From an uncultured Alphaproteobacteria bacterium (GTDB lineage Bacteria; Pseudomonadota; Alphaproteobacteria; Rhodobacterales; Rhodobacteraceae), in assembly GCA_963833115.1 (NCBI GenBank), contig CAWHWS010000002.1:368173-432172 (forward strand): a stretch of DNA of 64,000 bases. The letters are read 5' to 3'. Positions 59,171 through 64,000 of the stretch are shown here, one piece after another. Both the position numbers and the translations under genes were made by a program. The notes under the pieces are model-generated. The model was not told the origin of the DNA, did no database searches, and was given only the letters and a program-made list of their open reading frames with translations. Each line of letters starts with the position of its first letter. Position 1 is the first letter of the stretch.

Positions 59171-60414
59171 GCGGCGGTCAGGCGGCCCCGCGCCGCGCCG
59201 GTGATGGTCACCCGCTGGAGCGAGCCCACGGGTCGGTCCTCCGGCACGGCCGCTTCCGCGAACCCCTCCGTCCGGCCCATGCGCGGGCTCTCCATCAGGA
59301 GGGTCGCGGACGCCCCGCGCATCGCCGCCATGTGGCGCGCGCGCGCGGCCTCCCCGGCGGCGCGCAGCTCGGCGGCGCGGGCGCGGATGGTGGCGCCGTC
59401 CACCTGTGGCATGCGCGCGGCGGGCGTGCCCGGGCGGGGCGAATACGGGAAGACGTGCAACCAGGTCAGGCCGCACTCCTCGACCAGCGCGAGGGAGCGG
59501 GCGTGCGCGGCCGCGTCCTCCGTCGGGAAGCCGGCGATGAGGTCGGCCCCGAGCACGAGGTCCGGGCGCAGCGCGCGCGCCTCCTCGGCGAAGGCGATCG
59601 CGTCGTCCCGCAGGTGCCGTCGCTTCATGCGCTTGAGGATCAGGTCGTCCCCGTGCTGCAGCGACAGGTGCAGGTGCGGCATGAGCCTGGGCTCGGCCGC
59701 CAGCGCCTCCATCAGGTCGGGGTCCGCCTCGATCCCGTCGATCGAGGAGATGCGCAGCCGCGGCAGGTCCGGCACCAGGCGAAGCACCCGGCGCACGAGG
59801 TTGCCCAGCCGCGGCCGGCCGGGCAGGTCAGCGCCCCAGCCGGTCATGTCCACGCCGGTCAGGACCACCTCGGCGTAGCCGGCGCCGACGAGGCGCCTCA
59901 CCTGCTCCACCACCGCGCCCGCCGGCACCGAGCGCGAGTTGCCGCGTCCGTAGGGGATCACGCAGAAGGTGCAGCGGTGGTCGCAGCCGTTCTGCACCTG
60001 CACGTAGGCGCGCGCGCGGGCGCCGAACCCGTCAAGTAGGTGCGGCGCGGTCTCGGTCACGGCCATGATGTCGTCCACCACGACGCGCTCGCCGCCGGGG
60101 GCCAGGGCGGCCCAGGTCGCGGCGCGCATCTTATCGGCATTGCCGAGCACGTGGTCGACCTCGCCCATCGCGGCGAAGCTCGCGGGGTCGATCTGCGCGG
60201 CGCAGCCGGTGACGATGAGGCGGGCAGCCGGGTTCTCGCGGCGCAGGCGGCGGATGTCCTTCCGGGCCTTGCGCACCGCCTCGGCGGTGACGGCGCAGGT
60301 GTTTACGATCACCGACGGGCCCAGACCGGCACCGGCCGCGAGCCCGCGCATCGCCTCGGCCTCGTAGGCGTTCAGGCGGCAGCCGTGGTTCGACAGGATC
60401 GGCGCCTCAGCCAT
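59167..60414 (-). CDS. mtaB: tRNA t6A37 methylthiotransferase MtaB
   Basis: [15 protein letters not shown], radical [34 protein letters not shown]. Confidence 0.93.
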   Translation of the reverse strand: MAEAPILSNHGCRLNAYEAEAMRGLAAGAGLGPSVIVNTCAVTAEAVRKARKDIRRLRRENPAARLIVTGCAAQIDPASFAAMGEVDHVLGNADKMRAATWAALAPGGERVVVDDIMAVTETAPHLLDGFGARARAYVQVQNGCDHRCTFCVIPYGRGNSRSVPAGAVVEQVRRLVGAGYAEVVLTGVDMTGWGADLPGRPRLGNLVRRVLRLVPDLPRLRISSIDGIEADPDLMEALAAEPRLMPHLHLSLQHGDDLILKRMKRRHLRDDAIAFAEEARALRPDLVLGADLIAGFPTEDAAAHARSLALVEECGLTWLHVFPYSPRPGTPAARMPQVDGATIRARAAELRAAGEAARARHMAAMRGASATLLMESPRMGRTEGFAEAAVPEDRPVGSLQRVTITGAARGRLTAA

Positions 60415-61222
60415 GCCAGACCCCGTCGAAGACGTGCGCCGTCGGCCCGGTCATCCACAGCCCGTCCTCGCGCCAGTCCACCTCCAGCGCGCCGCCGTCG
60501 AGATCGACCGTCACGCGCCGCCCGGTCAGCCCGCGCCGCGCGGCGGCCGACGCCGCGGCGCAGGCCGAGGAGCCGCTCGCCAGCGTGATGCCGACGCCCC
60601 GCTCCCAGACGCGCATCCGGATGCGTGCCGGCCCGGTGACCTGGGCGACCTGCACGTTGGCGCGCTCGGGGAAGAGCGGGTGGCCCTCGTGCGCCGGGCC
60701 GAACGCCGCGAGGTCCACGGCCTCGGCATCCGCCACGAAGAAGGTGCAGTGCGGGTTGCCCATGCCCGTCGCGACCGGATCGCCGGGGATGGGCAAGTGG
60801 AGCGTGTCCGCCGCCTCCGCCAGGGGCACGTCCCGCCAGCCGGTCAGGGGGGCGCCCATGTCGACCGAGGTCATCTCGCCGCCCGCGTCCCGGCAGCGCA
60901 GCAGGCCCCGCGCCGTCCGCAGGGTCAGGGCGCCCGAAGGCGGCATCAGGTGCCGCGCGACGCAGCGCGTGGCGTTGCCGCAGGCGCCGGCGGTGGTGCC
61001 ATCGGCGTTGAGGAAGGTCAGCGCCGCGTCCGCATCCGGCGCGTCCCCGATGACGGCGAGCTGGTCGAAGCCGACGCCGCGGCGCCGATCCCCCATCGCC
61101 CGGGCCAGGGGCGCGTCGATGCGGGCGACGAGCGCGGGGTCGCCGCGCGCGTCGACGACGACGAAATCGTTGCCGAGCCCGTGCATCTTGAGGAACGGGA
61201 TGGGGGCGGCGCGCGCGGGCAT
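60407..61222 (-). CDS. dapF: Diaminopimelate epimerase
   Basis: [42 protein letters not shown]. Confidence 0.93.
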   Translation of the reverse strand: MPARAAPIPFLKMHGLGNDFVVVDARGDPALVARIDAPLARAMGDRRRGVGFDQLAVIGDAPDADAALTFLNADGTTAGACGNATRCVARHLMPPSGALTLRTARGLLRCRDAGGEMTSVDMGAPLTGWRDVPLAEAADTLHLPIPGDPVATGMGNPHCTFFVADAEAVDLAAFGPAHEGHPLFPERANVQVAQVTGPARIRMRVWERGVGITLASGSSACAAASAAARRGLTGRRVTVDLDGGALEVDWREDGLWMTGPTAHVFDGVWHG

Positions 61223-61377
61223 GGGCGCGCGTATAGGCGTGGGCGGCGAGAGGGGGAAGCCGGCGCCGTCCGGGCGCCCGCGTGGGTCCGGGCGGGCGGC
61301 GGGCGGGCCCGTCGCCGCGCCGCGCGAGGGGCCCCGGAGGGTCCCGCCGCGCGGCGCCCTCCCTCGGCGGTTCGCGC

Positions 61378-61406
61378 TTGACCCTTCGGGGACGCGCCGC
61401 TACCTC
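61378..61406 (+). promoter_or_regulatory. Sigma70 promoter of tRNA-Lys
   Basis: TTGACC-N17-TACCTC ending 9 nt before the tRNA. Confidence 0.7.
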
Positions 61407-61415
61407 GCCCCGCGT

Positions 61416-61491
61416 GGGCCGTTAGCTCAGTCGGTAGAGCAACTGACTTTTAATCAGTGGGTCGCTGGTTCGATCCCAGCACGGCTCACCA
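61416..61491 (+). tRNA. tRNA-Lys(UUU)
   Basis: 76 nt cloverleaf, loop CT-TTT-AA, GTTCGA T-arm, encoded CCA. Confidence 0.97.
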
Positions 61492-61526
61492 CTGAACCCC
61501 CCTCGTGCCGTGCCACCGATGGGCGA

Positions 61527-62570
61527 TCACCGCGCCGGGCGCAGGGTGTCACCGGGCTGCAGGACCGGCGACAGCTCCACCATCTCGCCGCGCGCATCCG
61601 CCTCCCCGGCCTCGCCCGCCGCCGCGCGCTCCGCCACGATCCGCGCCGCACGGCGCCCGATCTCCCGGCGGCACGCGTCCATCGTCGCCAGCCGCCGGGG
61701 CAGGCCGTCGAGGAGCTCGACCCCGTTGAATCCCGCGAGCCCCATGCCCTCGCCGACCTTGATGCGGTGCTCGAGGCACCATAGCAGGCCGCCCGCGCCG
61801 ATCATGTCGTTCGAGTAGTAGATCATGTCGAGGTCGGGCGTCCGGTTGAGGAGCGTCTGCGTCATCTCGCGGCCCTTGGCGAGGGCGCTGCCGCCCTCGT
61901 AGAACTCGAAATCCGCGACCTCGATCCCGCCCTTGGCGAGCGCCTCGGTGAAGCCTTCGAACCGCTTTCGCGCCCGGTGGTCGAGCGGCATCTTCGTGCC
62001 GGCGAAGGCCACCCGCTCGTAGCCCCGCTCGACGATGGCCGCGCCCATGAGGCGCCCCGCCCGCCGGTGGCTGATCCCGACGCAGGCGTCGACCGGGCTG
62101 CCGTCCGTGTCCATGATCTCCACCACCGGGACGCCCGCGCCCTCCAGCATGGCGCGCGCCGCCGGGGTGTGCTCGAGACCCGCGACGATCACCCCCGAGG
62201 GCCGCCAGGAGATCATCTCGTAGAGCACGCGCTCCTCGCGCTCGGGCGTGTAGCCGGTGACCCCGAACACCGGCTGCAAGGGCGTGCCGTCGAGGACCTC
62301 CGAGATGCCGGCGAGCACCTCGGGGAACACCATGTTCGACAGCGACGGAATGATCACCGCGACTAGGTTCACCCGGCTGGAGGCGAGCCCTCCCGCGATC
62401 CGGTTGGGCACGTAGCCGAGCCGCTCCGCCGCCTCCCGCACCTTCGCGCGGGTCGCCTCCGAGACGTCGCCCCGCCCGCGCAGCACGCGGCTCACGGTCA
62501 TCTCGCTCACCCCCGCGGCTTCGGACACGTCGCGGAGCGTCAGGGGGCGGCGCGGCGGGACGTCGGTCAT
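61527..62570 (-). CDS. LacI-family regulator (GntR/gluconate type)
   Basis: TLRDVSEAAGVSEMTVSRVL, LGYVPN, YYSNDMIGAG. Confidence 0.93.
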   Translation of the reverse strand: MTDVPPRRPLTLRDVSEAAGVSEMTVSRVLRGRGDVSEATRAKVREAAERLGYVPNRIAGGLASSRVNLVAVIIPSLSNMVFPEVLAGISEVLDGTPLQPVFGVTGYTPEREERVLYEMISWRPSGVIVAGLEHTPAARAMLEGAGVPVVEIMDTDGSPVDACVGISHRRAGRLMGAAIVERGYERVAFAGTKMPLDHRARKRFEGFTEALAKGGIEVADFEFYEGGSALAKGREMTQTLLNRTPDLDMIYYSNDMIGAGGLLWCLEHRIKVGEGMGLAGFNGVELLDGLPRRLATMDACRREIGRRAARIVAERAAAGEAGEADARGEMVELSPVLQPGDTLRPAR

Positions 62571-62647
62571 GGCATCGGCTCCAATGCGGCGGCCCGCGGG
62601 GCGCGGACCTTGCGCGGGGCCGGCGGGCGCGCGATGACGAGTTCGCC

Positions 62648-62724
62648 GGCCCCGTAGCTCAGCAGGATAGAGCGACCGCCTCCTAAGCGGTAGGTCACAG
62701 GTTCGAATCCTGTCGGGGTCACCA
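62648..62724 (+). tRNA. tRNA-Arg(CCU)
   Basis: 77 nt cloverleaf, loop CT-CCT-AA, GTTCGAATCC, encoded CCA. Confidence 0.97.
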
Positions 62725-62803
62725 CCGCCCGCGGCGGGGCCGGAGCGGGGCGGAGCGCCCCGCGGGAATGGCCGTCGTCGTCATGCCGGCCAAGCCCGGT
62801 CGC

Positions 62804-63544
62804 TCAACGCAGGCTGATGGCGCGGGGCTCGACCGAGAGGGAGTACCCTTTCTTGGCGACCGTGCGCACCAGGAGGGCGGCGACCATCTGACCTCCGAGC
62901 GCGTCGCGCAGCCGCTTGATCCGGGTCACGCCGGAGCCCTCGTCGCAATCGGCCGCGTCCCGCCCGGTGATCATCGCCTCGATCTCCGCGCCCGAGAGGA
63001 GGTCGCCGTCGATCCGCGCCTCGGCGAGGACGGACAGGGTCTCCATCGCCGCGGCGGTGAGCTGGAACTCCATGTCGTTGATCTGCACCGTGCGCGTCTC
63101 GCGCTCCAGCGCGAGGGAGGTCACGCGGATGCCCTGACGCTCGACCTGCCGCAGGCGCCGCGCCTGGGTCAGCAGGATCACCAGGAACGCCAACGAGGTG
63201 ACGAGAAGCGCCGTGGACGACAGCAGCAGCACGAAGATCACCAGCCGGTAGCTCGCGAGGGTGTCCGAGAAGGCGGTGCCGGACTGGGCCAGGATCTCCA
63301 GGAGCTTGATCTCGGCCTGCGAGGTCAGGTCCGCGTTGTCCATGAACAGGCGCTCGACGCGCGCGTCGAAGGCGCCGGCGTCCGGCAGCGCGCCGATCAG
63401 GACGATTCCCGCGACCAGCAGCACGGCCACCAGCGCCCCCAGGCCGATGGTCACGACCCGGCGGGAGGGCTCGATCGCCGCCAGCGCGCCGGCCCCCTCC
63501 GCCTCGGGGGGGCGCGCCCCCTCAGTAGCGGAGGTGGAACTCAC
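62804..63544 (-). CDS. Two-TM membrane protein with C-terminal winged-helix DNA-binding domain
   Basis: Two hydrophobic helices around a short periplasmic loop, then FQLT..METLSVLAEA..TRIKRLRDAL..RTVAKKGY (OmpR/ToxR-type wHTH); no receiver domain. Confidence 0.7.
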   Translation of the reverse strand: MSSTSATEGARPPEAEGAGALAAIEPSRRVVTIGLGALVAVLLVAGIVLIGALPDAGAFDARVERLFMDNADLTSQAEIKLLEILAQSGTAFSDTLASYRLVIFVLLLSSTALLVTSLAFLVILLTQARRLRQVERQGIRVTSLALERETRTVQINDMEFQLTAAAMETLSVLAEARIDGDLLSGAEIEAMITGRDAADCDEGSGVTRIKRLRDALGGQMVAALLVRTVAKKGYSLSVEPRAISLR

Positions 63545-63827
63545 CGGCGTCGCCCTCCCTGGCGCTCAGATCCTCGGCCCCGAACACCGACAGGACGTCG
63601 ACCAGCGTCCAGCCCGCGGCCGTCAGGCGCGGCGCCAGCGCCTCGGTCGCGGCCGGGATCGTGCACTCCCCCGGCACCTCCGCGGTGCCGTAATGCAGGC
63701 GGAGCGGCGCGTCCTGCTTGGCGCGGTAGTCGGCGAAGCAGGGGTCCTGCGCCGCGGCCGGCCCGGGGGCGGCCGCGCAAAGCGCCAGGGCGAGGGCGAC
63801 GAGCGGACGGGAGACGGCGATGCGCAT
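63522..63827 (-). CDS. Small secreted hypothetical protein
   Basis: Signal peptide then CFADYRAKQDAPLRLHYG..C..GWTLVDVLSVF. Confidence 0.7.
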   Translation of the reverse strand: MRIAVSRPLVALALALCAAAPGPAAAQDPCFADYRAKQDAPLRLHYGTAEVPGECTIPAATEALAPRLTAAGWTLVDVLSVFGAEDLSAREGDAGEFHLRY

Positions 63828-63873
63828 GCGGCAGACGTAGCGGAGGAACGCCCCATGATGCAACGTCCCGCGG

Positions 63874-64000
63874 ATGACCGGGCCGGACCTCACCCATGAG
63901 CGCGCGCTGCTGGCCGAGGCGGGGGCCTGGCCGCTCGGGATCGACGAGGTCGGCCGCGGCCCGCTCGCCGGCCCGGTCGTCGCCGCGGCGGTGCGCCTGG
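63874..64000 (+). CDS. rnhB: Ribonuclease HII (5' part; runs off window end)
   Basis: [19 protein letters not shown]. Confidence 0.93.
   Translation, partial: MTGPDLTHERALLAEAGAWPLGIDEVGRGPLAGPVVAAAVRL

Noticed and set aside
61416-62724. tRNA-anchored integrative element
   Set aside because: No integrase and no duplicated tRNA 3' end found; only a LacI gene lies between the tRNAs

Overview
Very GC-rich (roughly three-quarters G+C by eye) alphaproteobacterial chromosome segment. The Rhodobacterales assignment rests on the porin type, a VPLPA-CTERM protein, a SorX-like sRNA behind cenR, and the DUF4170-kdtA-lpxK and leuS-lptE-holA gene orders. Positions 1-29.4 kb and 56.8-64 kb are mostly core genes: lolA, ftsK, xth, cenR, ribA, yggS, porin, leuS, lptE, holA, pmbA, cysQ-like, kdtA, lpxK, mtaB, dapF, tRNA-Lys, tRNA-Arg and rnhB. 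Between them lies a ~27-kb catabolic island carrying three diverged ~376-bp IS903-type miniature elements and several collapsed pseudogenes. It has three modules. (1) A C3-sulfonate operon: cuyA, a DegT-type PLP enzyme, a cuyB-like racemase and an hpsN-like dehydrogenase. (2) A methylamine/betaine module: non-pyrrolysine MttB, a GcvT-family FAD dehydrogenase, LysR, and decayed ProX/ProW and GlxA genes. (3) The most striking locus: a type II DXP reductoisomerase (Brucella DRL-like) co-transcribed with an acetoin-dehydrogenase-like TPP complex and a SorC regulator. It is divergent from a Tat-exported sugar ABC system, a GDSL esterase, a PfkB kinase, two unknown proteins and a stand-alone IspD. 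I infer a possible undescribed methylerythritol salvage/catabolic pathway that runs the MEP pathway backwards. All family calls come from recognising motifs by eye; no database searches were run.
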